A DNA stretch of 23,153 nt, taken from the NCBI GenBank assembly GCA_043732485.1, contig JAYTHP010000225.1:1-23153 (forward strand), read 5' to 3'. Made by a program: the position numbers and the translations under genes. The first letter of the stretch is position 1. Each line of letters starts with the position of its first letter. Positions 7,865 through 17,843 of this stretch are shown piece by piece. This stretch comes from Oligoflexia bacterium. GTDB lineage: Bacteria; Bdellovibrionota; UBA1018. The notes beneath the pieces are model-generated. The model saw only the letters and a program-made list of their open reading frames with translations. It did not search any database and was not told where the DNA came from.

Positions 7865-9314
7865 TCACCCTCTACTGCCGCTCGTCCAGCCTCTGCTGCC
7901 CTTCCTGCTCCCGCTGGCGCTGACGTTTCTGCTGGTCACGCACCCGCTCCAAGCCGCACAAAGCCTGCCGTCATTGCTGCTTGCCATGGCCCGCCACCCC
8001 GAGCAGCTTAAGCACGCAGCCCCCCCCCTTGCTCGCGACAACTCCCTTGTCCCGCTGCCCTCTGCACCAACGTCCACCCGGTCCTCAGCCGACGACCCTG
8101 CGCCCGCCCCACTGCCCAGCAGTGCCCACCTGCAAGCACTGCAAGCGGACGCCGATTTTTTGTGGCACTCTGCGCTGATCAGCTACCGCGAGCAGCGCTT
8201 TCAAGGTGTGGTGACAGCCCTGAACAGACTCCTCAAAGATCACTTAGAGTCGCCGCACGTCCTTGAAGCGCATTATTATCTGGGCCAAGCTTACTTAGGC
8301 CTCACTCAGCCACAGCAAGCGGAACGCGAACTCCAGACTTTTATTGAAAGCCAAACGGCGACGTACCAGGCGCCTGCAAACCTCAGGCTGGCTTGCAGCT
8401 CAGACGTCTTGCGAGCCACACCCTCTTCGGCCTCACTGCCAGAGCTTTTGATCAACGCGCAACTCGCCTTAGGCCAAGCCTACTTGCAGCTCCAGAAGTT
8501 CTCCCAAGCCCACCTTTTAAGCTTCGAGCTGAACGCCAAGCTTGCGCCAGCATTACGCTCTCGCTTCGCCCAAGAGGAGCTTCAAGGGGAGAGTCAGAAA
8601 AAGTGTGCAGAGGAGCTAGTACCCAGCCCCGCTCCCACCGCACTCGAAATAGCCAAGCTCAAGACCCGCTTGCTGCAAATTCGCGCCCTCCAAGGACTCG
8701 CAAAATCTGCTCAGGCCGAGGAACTGCTGGACCACCTCCCGCAAGGCTGGCAGACCCAAGCAGACGCCCCGTTGCAAGCGGAAATCGCTCAACTCCAGCT
8801 GCAATTTCAGCTGGGCCGCTGCACTCTGCTACAACGCTCATCCACCTCCTCACGACCGTTTGGCAGCGAAGGAGCGCTCATTGCCGCCTTAAAACAACAC
8901 CAGCAATGCCTGCTGCAAGCGCTTTTGCTGATTGACCCCTGGCTTGCCAACCCCGCGCCGCCCATCCAAGCTGCGCTCCGGCAGCTGCGGGAAGTCTACC
9001 AACAGACCTTGCGCTTTGCCCAAGCCCCGCCCCTGCCCATGAAGCGCTTGGCAGCCGGAGAGAGAAGAACAGCCAGGCAAGCCTCAGTCTTAGCGCAAGA
9101 ACTGCAGGTGGTCTTGCAAACCACCCTGCTGCAACCCTTTTTTAAGACTAGCCTTGAGCTCTTACAAGCCCACCTGTCGGCCACCCACCCGGCCAATCTC
9201 GCCCTACTTGAAGGCTGGATGCAAACACTTCAGCCACCGCAAGCCTTCCCGCGCAGAACTCACTCCCGCCGGCCCCACCCTGGCGTGCCGCAAAACACGG
9301 ATCCTCCCCCGTGA
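7791..9314 (+). CDS. Secreted TPR protein (BamD/YbgF-like TPR region)
   Basis: ATG 7791 follows GGAGGA. Hydrophobic signal ends LQA-AQS. TPR-like helices YREQRFQGVVTALNRLLKDHLESPHVLEAHYYLGQAY and AQLALGQAYLQL. Confidence 0.72.
   Translation: MSPWFWIKRHRLCQRLCQRLHQRLDHPLLPLVQPLLPFLLPLALTFLLVTHPLQAAQSLPSLLLAMARHPEQLKHAAPPLARDNSLVPLPSAPTSTRSSADDPAPAPLPSSAHLQALQADADFLWHSALISYREQRFQGVVTALNRLLKDHLESPHVLEAHYYLGQAYLGLTQPQQAERELQTFIESQTATYQAPANLRLACSSDVLRATPSSASLPELLINAQLALGQAYLQLQKFSQAHLLSFELNAKLAPALRSRFAQEELQGESQKKCAEELVPSPAPTALEIAKLKTRLLQIRALQGLAKSAQAEELLDHLPQGWQTQADAPLQAEIAQLQLQFQLGRCTLLQRSSTSSRPFGSEGALIAALKQHQQCLLQALLLIDPWLANPAPPIQAALRQLREVYQQTLRFAQAPPLPMKRLAAGERRTARQASVLAQELQVVLQTTLLQPFFKTSLELLQAHLSATHPANLALLEGWMQTLQPPQAFPRRTHSRRPHPGVPQNTDPPP
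7821..7860 (+). repeat. 12-bp tandem repeat (about 3.3 copies) inside the gene overlap
   Basis: CGCCTGTGTCAG x2, then CGCCTGCACCAG and CGCC. Confidence 0.8.
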
Positions 9315-9396
9315 CTCAATCCAATAAAAGCCTGCGAAAAACCACACAACCCCTAACCCGATGAGATGAATCGGTGGAAGCACCCAGACACACACT

Positions 9397-10917
9397 ATGA
9401 GCGACTTGCACAACACCTTACAAACGGCCCTGGTGGCCAACAAGCAGGAGATCCGGGAGTGGTCTCAGCGGGAAAGTGCGGCGGCGCCGCCACCGCTCTA
9501 TTGCTCCATTGATCTGCGCGATGCCGGTTACAAAATCGCGCCCGTCGATAGTAATTTCTTTCCTGCGGGTTTTCAGCACCTGTGTGCGCAAGACCTGCGC
9601 AGTGCTCAGAGTATTTTTCGAGCCCAGATTGCAAGCACCCTGTCCACCCACCGCGCCCTCCCCGCAACCCGCTTTACCAGCCCTTCCTCCCACCACAACG
9701 CGCAAAAAATCCTGTTGTTACCGGAATCACACACCCACAATGCTCATTACATTGAAAATCTGGTTTATCTCAAGCAGCTCGTCGAAGGGGCGGGGTTTCA
9801 AGTGGAGGTGGGTTGGCTGGGAGCTTTGCCGGCTGCTCACCCCCCAAACGAGCAGCAAGCCCTGCTACCGCCCACCACCCCTCAAGCCCCCGTAAGCTTG
9901 GAGGCGACCTTAGGCAAAACCTTAGCCGCCACGCCAGTCAGCTTCAACCCCACAACCGGCAAGATCAGCGCAGGCTCATTTGAGCCTGAGTTGATCTTGC
10001 TCAATCATGACTTTTCAGGCGGTTATCCCGCCTGGTTGGATCAGGTCGTGCAACCGATTCTACCGCACCACCGCTTAGGCTGGCACGCCCGCAAGAAGGA
10101 TCGCCACTTTTTTTACTACAATCAACTGGTGCAAGAGTTTGCAGCCTTACTCAAGCTCGATCCCTGGCCCTTAAGCATTGACAGCGAGGAAGTCTCGCCG
10201 GTGGACTTCCAAACCGGCGAAGGCCTAGCCCAGGTCGCCGAAAAAGTGGACCAGATGATTGCCCGCCTTAAGCACCAGTACCAGCATTACGGCATCACCC
10301 AAGCACCGTTTGTCTTTATCAAAAACAATGCTGGCACCTATGGTATGGGTATTATGGTGGCCCATTCCGGGGCTGAAATTCAAGCGCTCAACCGGCGGCA
10401 AAAAAACAAAATGAGTGTGGCAAAAAATCACTCTGCCATTCGCAGCGTCATCCTCCAAGAAGGAGTTCCCACCAACCTGCTCATCGACCGCCTTGTGGCC
10501 GAGCCGGTCATTTACTTGGCCGGACGTGATTTGATTGGCGGCTTTTTAAGAACCCACACCGTGCGCGGACGCGAAGACAATCTCAATTCGCAAGGCATGG
10601 TCTTTCGCAAACTCTGCATGTCAGACCTCAATTCGCTCAGCGGTCCATCTACCACTCCTTCAGATAGCAGCGAAGCGCCAGAACCTCAACTGGAACTGGT
10701 TTATGGCGCCATCGCCACCCTCTCAGCACTGGCAGCAGGCCGTGAAATCCAGGCCTACTTCCAGGAACAGCAAGACCCGACGCGCAGGGCTGAGCCTCCC
10801 GCTCATGAGCTTGCCCCTGGTAGCCTCCCGGCCCGACCCCCCGCCGCAGCACCAAAACCCTTCTTGGCCAACCCCCCTGAATCAGGATCTAAGCCCCCCC
10901 ACTTTTTTTCGTCATGA
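9397..10917 (+). CDS. gshA: Glutamate--cysteine ligase, GshA (Acidithiobacillus/betaproteobacterial-type family)
   Basis: PLYCSIDLRDAGYKIAPVDSNFFPAGF, LLPESHTHN..YIEN, LLNHDFSGG, PFVFIKNNAGTYGMGIM, QEGVPT, AEPVIY..IGGFLR and NLNSQGM. Confidence 0.92.
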   Translation: MSDLHNTLQTALVANKQEIREWSQRESAAAPPPLYCSIDLRDAGYKIAPVDSNFFPAGFQHLCAQDLRSAQSIFRAQIASTLSTHRALPATRFTSPSSHHNAQKILLLPESHTHNAHYIENLVYLKQLVEGAGFQVEVGWLGALPAAHPPNEQQALLPPTTPQAPVSLEATLGKTLAATPVSFNPTTGKISAGSFEPELILLNHDFSGGYPAWLDQVVQPILPHHRLGWHARKKDRHFFYYNQLVQEFAALLKLDPWPLSIDSEEVSPVDFQTGEGLAQVAEKVDQMIARLKHQYQHYGITQAPFVFIKNNAGTYGMGIMVAHSGAEIQALNRRQKNKMSVAKNHSAIRSVILQEGVPTNLLIDRLVAEPVIYLAGRDLIGGFLRTHTVRGREDNLNSQGMVFRKLCMSDLNSLSGPSTTPSDSSEAPEPQLELVYGAIATLSALAAGREIQAYFQEQQDPTRRAEPPAHELAPGSLPARPPAAAPKPFLANPPESGSKPPHFFSS

Positions 10918-10932
10918 AAGGGCGCCCCACCT

Positions 10933-11700
10933 ATGCTCACTGCCTTGCAACTTAACCCGCCACCGCGCCAAGTGCGCAGCCTGCTCACTGCGCTGGTGCT
11001 CTGGGCCGTGCTCATTGCCGCTAGAAACCATGTCATTCAGCCCTACTGCGCCGTCCAGCCAAGCCGTTGCCAGGTGAGTCAACTGAGCGTGCCTGATCAA
11101 TTCAGTGCGCTCAGCAATGACCTGAGAGCGGACCATTACTCAGACTGGACCCAAAAATCAGCTGCAGCCCTTCTTTTGCTCGCCTTACCCCTCCTCACAC
11201 TCGTGAGACGAGAAAAAAACAAGCGAAGAGCTCTGCGAAAAGATCTAAGGAGTAGAACGAGGAGCCTAAAACACGATCTCCTGCTGGCCCTGCAAGTCTT
11301 TCTCTGGAACGGAGCCTTGACGGAGTTCGCCCACTTTGTTTCCCAACGACCCCGACCGTTTGTCTACCGCGAACCACTGATTCTTGGACTCGATCCCGCG
11401 CATTACACCTCTTTCTACTCAGGCCATACCTCCTTCACTGCAGCCCTCACGCTGACTCTCTTCTTACTCACCTTGCGCCACCGCCTTGCGCTCCCCTGGC
11501 AACTGCTGGCGCTTGCCAGTTACCAAGGTCTGACGCTTGCCACCGCCTATTTTCGGATCCTGGCCGGACGGCACTTTTTAAGCGACGTCATCTGCGGCGC
11601 CATTGCAGGGTCGTGGGTGGCTTGGATTTTTTTCTACTGGCAATCCTCGCCCTTTCCGCGCGCCACCCGCACCACCCACTCCGGCCGCCACTCAGCCTAA
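10933..11700 (+). CDS. PAP2-family membrane phosphatase
   Basis: QRPRP, SFYSGHT and RILAGRHFLSDV catalytic motifs, with several hydrophobic helices. Confidence 0.88.
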   Translation: MLTALQLNPPPRQVRSLLTALVLWAVLIAARNHVIQPYCAVQPSRCQVSQLSVPDQFSALSNDLRADHYSDWTQKSAAALLLLALPLLTLVRREKNKRRALRKDLRSRTRSLKHDLLLALQVFLWNGALTEFAHFVSQRPRPFVYREPLILGLDPAHYTSFYSGHTSFTAALTLTLFLLTLRHRLALPWQLLALASYQGLTLATAYFRILAGRHFLSDVICGAIAGSWVAWIFFYWQSSPFPRATRTTHSGRHSA

Positions 11701-11862
11701 GCCCCTGCCCGTCGGCAACTTTTCCTTGAAAATAGGCTACGAAAAGTGTATCAAACATGTACAGCTAGGACGTTCACGCTCTTTACTCTTCTGGTCTTAC
11801 ACAAGACTTCAAGCGCTGCCCTACAAAGTCGCTAGGTCACCCGCAAACCCAGGTTTAAGGGG

Positions 11863-11881
11863 AAGGCTGAGCCTTTTTTTT
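11863..11881 (+). terminator. Possible intrinsic terminator downstream of the ATPase-PAP2 cluster
   Basis: AAGGC-TGA-GCCTT running into a T8 tract. The stem is short. Confidence 0.3.
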
Positions 11882-12143
11882 GAACCCGTCTTTTGTGAAC
11901 CTAGGTGGGGAGGGTCTGCGTTTTTGGTGACCATCACCCTGGCCCACACTACTTTAAAAAAAGTGACGCCAGCGTGGGGGACTCTAACCGCACCACTTCC
12001 CAGCTAGCATTACCTAGGAACTCTTGGTGGCTTACTCCATCACAACTCGTTGCCACCCCTGATCGCAATAGTGCACCCAACATTCCTTTAGGCTTGATGT
12101 TACGCTGGAAACCCTCAGTCATTACCTGGACTCCTCAGGCTAT

Positions 12144-13847
12144 ATGCCGCACGACCACTGCTATTGGTGGCAGCCCCAGATCGTTTGGCTCAACGTTGGA
12201 TCAGACCTGCTGATTGCGCTTAGCTACTTTTCGATTCCGCCTTTCCTGCTCGTCTTTGTCGCTCGCCGCAAGGACCTAGCGTTCAATTGGATCTTTCGTA
12301 TGTTTACGGCCTTCATCTTTGCCTGCGGCACCACCCATTTGTTTGAGATCTGGACGGTCTGGTTTCCGGACTATTTCCTGTAAGGCGTGATCAAGCTCCT
12401 CACCGCACTTTGTCTGTGGCGGTTAATGCCCAAGGCGCTCGCGCTGCCTTCGCCGCAAATTCTCCAAAAAGCCAATCAAAAACTGGAAGCCGAAGCCACC
12501 CTCAAGAACCAGGCACGAAGCGAATTGCTGGAAGCCAAGCGAGACCTAGAGCTGCGGGTGGAACAGCGCACGGCTGAGTTAAAACGCGCCCATCAGATGA
12601 TAGATGAGTTCTTAAGCACGCTGTCGCATGAACTGCGCACACCCTTAACCGTGATCACTGGGTACACCAACTGACTGCGGTTCGAGCAGCCAGCTCGATC
12701 GTCTTCAAGCAGGCGCTAGAATCGATTCAGCGCAACACCCAGGTTCAAGCCCAACGGATCAATGACCTGCTTGAGGTCTCCCGCCTGATTACCGGCAAAA
12801 TTAGACTAAAAATTCAGCGGGTGGATCCTATCCAGGTCATTGAGTTTGCCATTGAAACCATGCAGTTGCCTGCACAAGCCAAAAAAATCACCCTGCGTAC
12901 CCAAATTGACCCGCAAACGGGCCTGCTCTTGGGCGATGCCACGCGTTTGCAGCAGGTGATGTGGCATTTGCTTACGAATGTCGTTAAATTCTCCCTCGGG
13001 CACTCCACTCTCATCCTCACCACCCGCCGCAGCGAGCAGGATTCCAGGCTAGAAATCCAGGTCTCCGATTGCGGTGTTGGCATTGAGCCTGAGTTCTTAC
13101 CGTTTGTTTTTGAACGATTTCGCCAAGAGGATAACGCCCACACCCGCAAATACAGTGGCCTGGGACTTGGCCTAGCGCTGGTGCGCCACATCGTCGAGCT
13201 GCACGGCGGCACCGTCAGTGCCTCAAGCCCCGGAAGAAATCAAGGCTCCACCTTCCTCGTGCTCATCCCGACGATCCTGTCGCAAAACGCTCTCTACTCT
13301 TCATCGGTACCTGCGGCCGGCGACCCGCTGCTGCTGCTGCTGCCACTGCGTTCTCGTTCCCCTTCCCCGTCCGCGACGACCACGGATCTTCCCGTCACGA
13401 TCACTGCACCTTCTTCCCCACCCTTTGGCAAGCGCTCTTGCAGCAGAGGTGCGCTCCTCCCTGAGCAACCGCAGCACCTGGCCGGCGTGAAGATTCTTTT
13501 CATCGATGATGAAGACGACACCAGACTGCTCATTAAGACCCTGCTTGCTCGCTGTGGCGCCGAAGTGCGCACCGCCTCCTCAAGTCTGCCTAGCCGGCTG
13601 GTTGCCCGACGTTATTTTAAGTGCTATTGGGATACCCGGAGAAGATGGTTTAGAATTTATTCGGAAACTTCGCGCCGATGATCACCAGCCTGCTGCCAAA
13701 GTGCCTGCCATTGCGCTTTCAGCCTACGCCAGAAAGGAAGATAGCGAAGCAGCCCTGCTGGCAGGCTTTCAAGCGCACTCACCCAAGCTGATTGAAATCA
13801 CCCTCTGGGCGCTAACCCAAGCCGCAACCCTGACTGAGAATCGCTAA
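12144..13847 (+). pseudogene. Disrupted hybrid sensor histidine kinase/response regulator with ethylene-receptor-like N-terminal domain
   Basis: Fragments join into sensor (SDLLIALSYFSIP, FACGTTH), coiled coil, HisKA (LSHELRTPL), HATPase (DCGVGI, FERFRQ, GLGLGL) and REC. Stops at 12381 and 12672; frameshifts near 12695 and 13580. Confidence 0.9.
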
Positions 13848-14042
13848 GCGGGCTACCACGGCCGCAAGCATCGCTGACCGCAAGAGCGAGCGAGCTTACG
13901 TATCTACGTCAACCCCTAAACTTTCGCTTTGCACTTTTGGTTGATCACTCTCGTGGGTAAGGAGACGACAAGTACGCGCCCCTGAAAGCACAGCGATTAA
14001 GCCCAAGGCTTTTCCCCTGACTGACTGATTTTTTGGCGTGAA

Positions 14043-15233
14043 TCAGCGGGGCTCGGAGACCGATGCAGAAGATGCCACGGTCTGCGTGTCCGCTTCTGCT
14101 TGCTCCAGCACCACCCGCAGATAAGCCTCTAAGTCCTCAGCCTCCGTCACACTTAAATCCGCTCGCGCAGGCATCAAACGCCCTGGCATGCCTTGACTTA
14201 AGACTTTCTGAAAGGCCTTCGGACTGGCAAAGACCGGACTCTTCAGCAGCAAAGGCGAGGTCATCACGTAGGCTGCAGGATACCCCAACAAGGCCTGAGC
14301 CTTCATGCCCCCTTGGCCCCGCAGACCGTGACACTGCACACACGATTGCTGGTAAATTTTCTGGCCGCGCTCAACACGACTCAAGCTAGCCCGCAAGGCT
14401 ACGCTCACACGCGGCTCGTTCAAGACACTAGTCTGGTCCACCTCAAACAACGGCTCCACGTCAGGCACGGTTGCCTGCTGCAGCGCTATCACCACTGAAA
14501 GGGTGCGAACTTCGCCAACGACCACCTCTTCCTTATTAGGATCAATCCCAATTTTTTGAAAGTCATTAGGAGTATCCGCTTCAGGCGGCGTCGGATTCCA
14601 AGTCACCACAAAGTGCGCCAAGGCCCAGCGATCCGCAGCAGGCAGCGTGGCATAAGAGGCCATCGCACCGCCTGCGATCCCTTCTTTGAGGGTCTTAAAA
14701 ATCATCGTCGGCTTTCGTCCATTTTTCCAGCCCTCTAAGGCATGGAAATTACGCGGCCTGGGATTTAAGGCCGCAGCTGCAACCCCATTGCCTTCCCCAG
14801 AAGCACCGTGGCAAGCCACGCACTGAATACTAAAGATTTCTTTACCCTTAGCAATCAAACGCGGTGTTGCAATCCAAGCTTTCTTCACCTTACCGCCGCC
14901 TGCGCCGTCTGCTACCGCAACGGCGGGCTGGACATAGACATTCCCGCGAAAAAACAAGTCACTTGAGACCAGCGTCAGGAAAATAGCTAAGAAAAGAAAG
15001 GAACCAAAGAAAATAAAGCGATTCTGGGTCTTGTCATGCCTCATGTCCATGAAGATGAAAATCACCAGTGCTGCCTTCAGACTTGCCACCAACATGGCAA
15101 TCGGAAAGTTGAGATGCCCTAAATCCACCTGTGACACCCAGACTGTAATCGCCGTTAACACTAACAGCGACATCCCAGTCATCAAGGCACGAGCAGGCGA
15201 AAGAATATAATGATGCGGCTTTTTTGAATCCAT
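14043..15233 (-). CDS. coxD: Cytochrome c oxidase subunit IV (caa3-type) fused to two c-type cytochrome domains
   Basis: N-terminal three-helix subunit IV (LLVLTAITV, ASLKAALVIFIFM), followed by CVACH (14808-14822) and CVQCH (14328-14342). It directly follows coxC. Confidence 0.85.
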   Translation of the reverse strand: MDSKKPHHYILSPARALMTGMSLLVLTAITVWVSQVDLGHLNFPIAMLVASLKAALVIFIFMDMRHDKTQNRFIFFGSFLFLAIFLTLVSSDLFFRGNVYVQPAVAVADGAGGGKVKKAWIATPRLIAKGKEIFSIQCVACHGASGEGNGVAAAALNPRPRNFHALEGWKNGRKPTMIFKTLKEGIAGGAMASYATLPAADRWALAHFVVTWNPTPPEADTPNDFQKIGIDPNKEEVVVGEVRTLSVVIALQQATVPDVEPLFEVDQTSVLNEPRVSVALRASLSRVERGQKIYQQSCVQCHGLRGQGGMKAQALLGYPAAYVMTSPLLLKSPVFASPKAFQKVLSQGMPGRLMPARADLSVTEAEDLEAYLRVVLEQAEADTQTVASSASVSEPR

Positions 15234-15236
15234 AGA

Positions 15237-15914
15237 TTAACCCACTAGGTAAAGAAGAGGAAATAAGTAAATCCACACTAAGTCAACGAAATGCCAATAA
15301 AAGCCAACCATCTCCACTGGCGTGAAGTAGGCCGGAGAGAAATGATTCTGCAAGGTGCGCTTCAGCAGCCAAGTCATCAAACCCATCCCAATCAGCACGT
15401 GCACCCCGTGCAACCCGGTCATGACGAAATACAGCGAAAAGAACAAGGGCGCCTTGGCATCCAATAATTCGGTGTTGGTAAAAAATCCACCCGGCAGCAA
15501 ACCATCATGAAACTTATGCTGATACTCAAAGTACTTGACCACCAAAAAACAACTCGACAAAAGCAAAGTGCTCACTAAATACCCAGCAGCCTGCTTACGC
15601 TTGCCACGCTGGGTGGCACTGACCGCCAAGGCCATCGTCAAACTACTGGTGATCAACACCACGGTATTCAAACCACCCATCTTCACCACTAAGTACTGAT
15701 GAGCGTGATGGAACATCTCCGTATACAACCCACGAAAGATTGCGTAGGCGACAAACAAACCACCAAACATCAAGACTTCGGTTGCAAGAAAAATCCACAT
15801 CCCCTGCTTGGCCGCTTCAAATTCGTCCTCGGCGCTGGCAAAATGATGAGCAAAATGGTGAACCGGGTCTGCTCCAGCGACCACCGCATGAACCTCACTG
15901 TTTGACGTTGACAT
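15237..15914 (-). CDS. coxC: Cytochrome c oxidase subunit III
   Basis: GMWIFLATEVLMFGGLF, NTVVLITSS, TGLHGVHV and YWHFVDLVWIYLFPLLY. ATG 15914 follows GGAGGAG. Confidence 0.95.
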   Translation of the reverse strand: MSTSNSEVHAVVAGADPVHHFAHHFASAEDEFEAAKQGMWIFLATEVLMFGGLFVAYAIFRGLYTEMFHHAHQYLVVKMGGLNTVVLITSSLTMALAVSATQRGKRKQAAGYLVSTLLLSSCFLVVKYFEYQHKFHDGLLPGGFFTNTELLDAKAPLFFSLYFVMTGLHGVHVLIGMGLMTWLLKRTLQNHFSPAYFTPVEMVGFYWHFVDLVWIYLFPLLYLVG

Positions 15915-16009
15915 GACTCTTCTTCTCCTCCCAAACACTTAAAAAACAACCACCCACAACCCAATTGACACCTGTCTACCCTATTGTTTAACTCTCAAGC
16001 CTTAGTTAG

Positions 16010-17683
16010 CTAAGCATTCTTCGGCATGAAGATGTCATCTTCAGCGTAATCGTAAGGCCAAGAAGTTACCACAGGATTCTCTAAGAAATTCTCATGCGGC
16101 GGCGGCGAACTAGTTTGCCACTCAAGCGTCTTCGCGTTCCAAGGATTCGCCAAAGCAATCGGCCCCGAGCGTAAGGCGCGGTAGAGATAAAAGGCCACAT
16201 AAAAGAATCCCGCGGCAATAAACCAAGACCCCACCGTCGACAACCGATTTAAAACGGTGAATTCTGGTAAGTAGCTCCAATAACGCCTTGGCATCCCCTG
16301 CGCCCCTAAAATGAACTGAGGGAAAAAAGTCAGATTAAAACCAAGCATGATCAACCAGAAACCAATCTTCGCTGAAGCCTCTGAGTACATGCGGCCAAAA
16401 ATCTTGGGAAACCAGTAATGAAGACCTGATAACAATCCCATCAAGGTCCCACCCACCATCACATAATGAAAGTGCGCCACCACAAAATAGGTTCCCGTCA
16501 AATGCACATCAATGGCAAGCGTTGCCAGAAAGATCCCCGTGAGTCCGCCGATAGTAAAAAGCTCCATAAACCCTAAAGCGTAGAGCATCGGGGCATTAAA
16601 ATGAATGGACCCTCGGTACATCGTGGCCACCCAACTGAAAACCTTCACGCCCGTCGGCACAGCAACAAACATCGTCAACAGCGAGAACAAAAAATTCGCC
16701 ATTTCCGCTTGCCCACTGACAAACATGTGGTGACCCCAGACCAAAAAAGCCACCATGGCGATCCCAAACGAGGAGTAGGCAATCGCCCGGTAACCAAAGA
16801 TAGGCTTTCTGGAAAACACCGGAATCACTTCAGAAATGATTCCCATCGCAGGCAAAATCATAATGTAAACAGCCGGATGCGAATAAAACCAGAAAAAGTG
16901 CTGAAAAAGCACCGGGTCGCCGCCCAGTGCGGGATCAAAAATCCCAATCTTGAACAAACGCTCTAAGCAGAGTAACAGCAAGGTGATTGCCAAAACCGGT
17001 GTCGCTAACACCTGAATGATGCTGGTGGCATAAATCGACCACACAAAGAGCGGCAAGCGCCACCAGGTCAGCCCCGGTGCCCGCAGCTTATGGATGGTAA
17101 CGATAAAATTCAATCCGGTTAAGATCGATGAAAAACCAGCGATAAAAGCTCCGAGCAATACCAAAATCACGGTGGTGTTGGTGCGAATCGAATACGGCGT
17201 ATAGAAAGTCCATCCCGTATCCGCCCCTCTTAAAAACAGCGCTGCGCACGCCACGATCGCACCTAACACAAAAATATAATAGGAAGCTAGGTTTAACCGG
17301 GGAAAAGCCACATCTTTGGCGCCTAACATCACCGGCAAAATGAAATTACCAATCGCAGCCGGGATGATCGGAATGATCACCAAGAAGACCATGATCGCCC
17401 CGTGATAGGTAAACATCTTGTTATAGGTATTCGCTGCCAGTAAGGGCTGGCCGCCATACTTGAACAGCTCTAAGCGAATGATCAGCGCAAAAATACCGCC
17501 CAGCAAAAAGAAACTTAAGACCGTAAAAAGGTACATGACCCCAATGCGTTTATGATCCAAGGTGGTGAGCCAGGACTTTAAGCCCTTGCCATGATTCAAA
17601 TAGTGATGGGCAGGTGCCACCACCTGTGCTGCCGCTTGGTCAAGCTCCAATTGTGTCTTCGAAACCGATCGTTCATTTACCAT
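16010..17683 (-). CDS. coxA: Cytochrome c oxidase subunit I, A2-type
   Basis: [28 protein letters not shown] (A2 YS motif), VWGHHM, VVAHFHY and GMPRR. Start is ATG 17683 or TTG 17695. Confidence 0.97.
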   Translation of the reverse strand: MVNERSVSKTQLELDQAAAQVVAPAHHYLNHGKGLKSWLTTLDHKRIGVMYLFTVLSFFLLGGIFALIIRLELFKYGGQPLLAANTYNKMFTYHGAIMVFLVIIPIIPAAIGNFILPVMLGAKDVAFPRLNLASYYIFVLGAIVACAALFLRGADTGWTFYTPYSIRTNTTVILVLLGAFIAGFSSILTGLNFIVTIHKLRAPGLTWWRLPLFVWSIYATSIIQVLATPVLAITLLLLCLERLFKIGIFDPALGGDPVLFQHFFWFYSHPAVYIMILPAMGIISEVIPVFSRKPIFGYRAIAYSSFGIAMVAFLVWGHHMFVSGQAEMANFLFSLLTMFVAVPTGVKVFSWVATMYRGSIHFNAPMLYALGFMELFTIGGLTGIFLATLAIDVHLTGTYFVVAHFHYVMVGGTLMGLLSGLHYWFPKIFGRMYSEASAKIGFWLIMLGFNLTFFPQFILGAQGMPRRYWSYLPEFTVLNRLSTVGSWFIAAGFFYVAFYLYRALRSGPIALANPWNAKTLEWQTSSPPPHENFLENPVVTSWPYDYAEDDIFMPKNA

Positions 17684-17843
17684 TGCTTCACCCAACTCCT
17701 CACCTCGCTTATGTTTTTTTTCACGCAGAAGGCATAGCTCTCAAAACGGCTGCAACTTTTGGTGCGAGCCAGGGTGGAACCCGGAACTTTTCGCCGTTTT
17801 CGCCCCTCGCACGTCCACCGCGTGCCGCTGCCGCCTTTTACTG

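Noticed and set aside
8393..8935. 180-aa alternative-frame ORF
   Set aside because: Lies inside the TPR gene and has out-of-frame-like composition.
11603..12213. ORFs of 134 and 102 aa between PAP2 and the kinase
   Set aside because: No RBS or motifs, and they overlap supported genes.
12381..12674. Stop-codon readthrough or an alternative genetic code in the kinase
   Set aside because: Both TAA and TGA occur together with frameshifts, and other genes in the window end normally at these codons.
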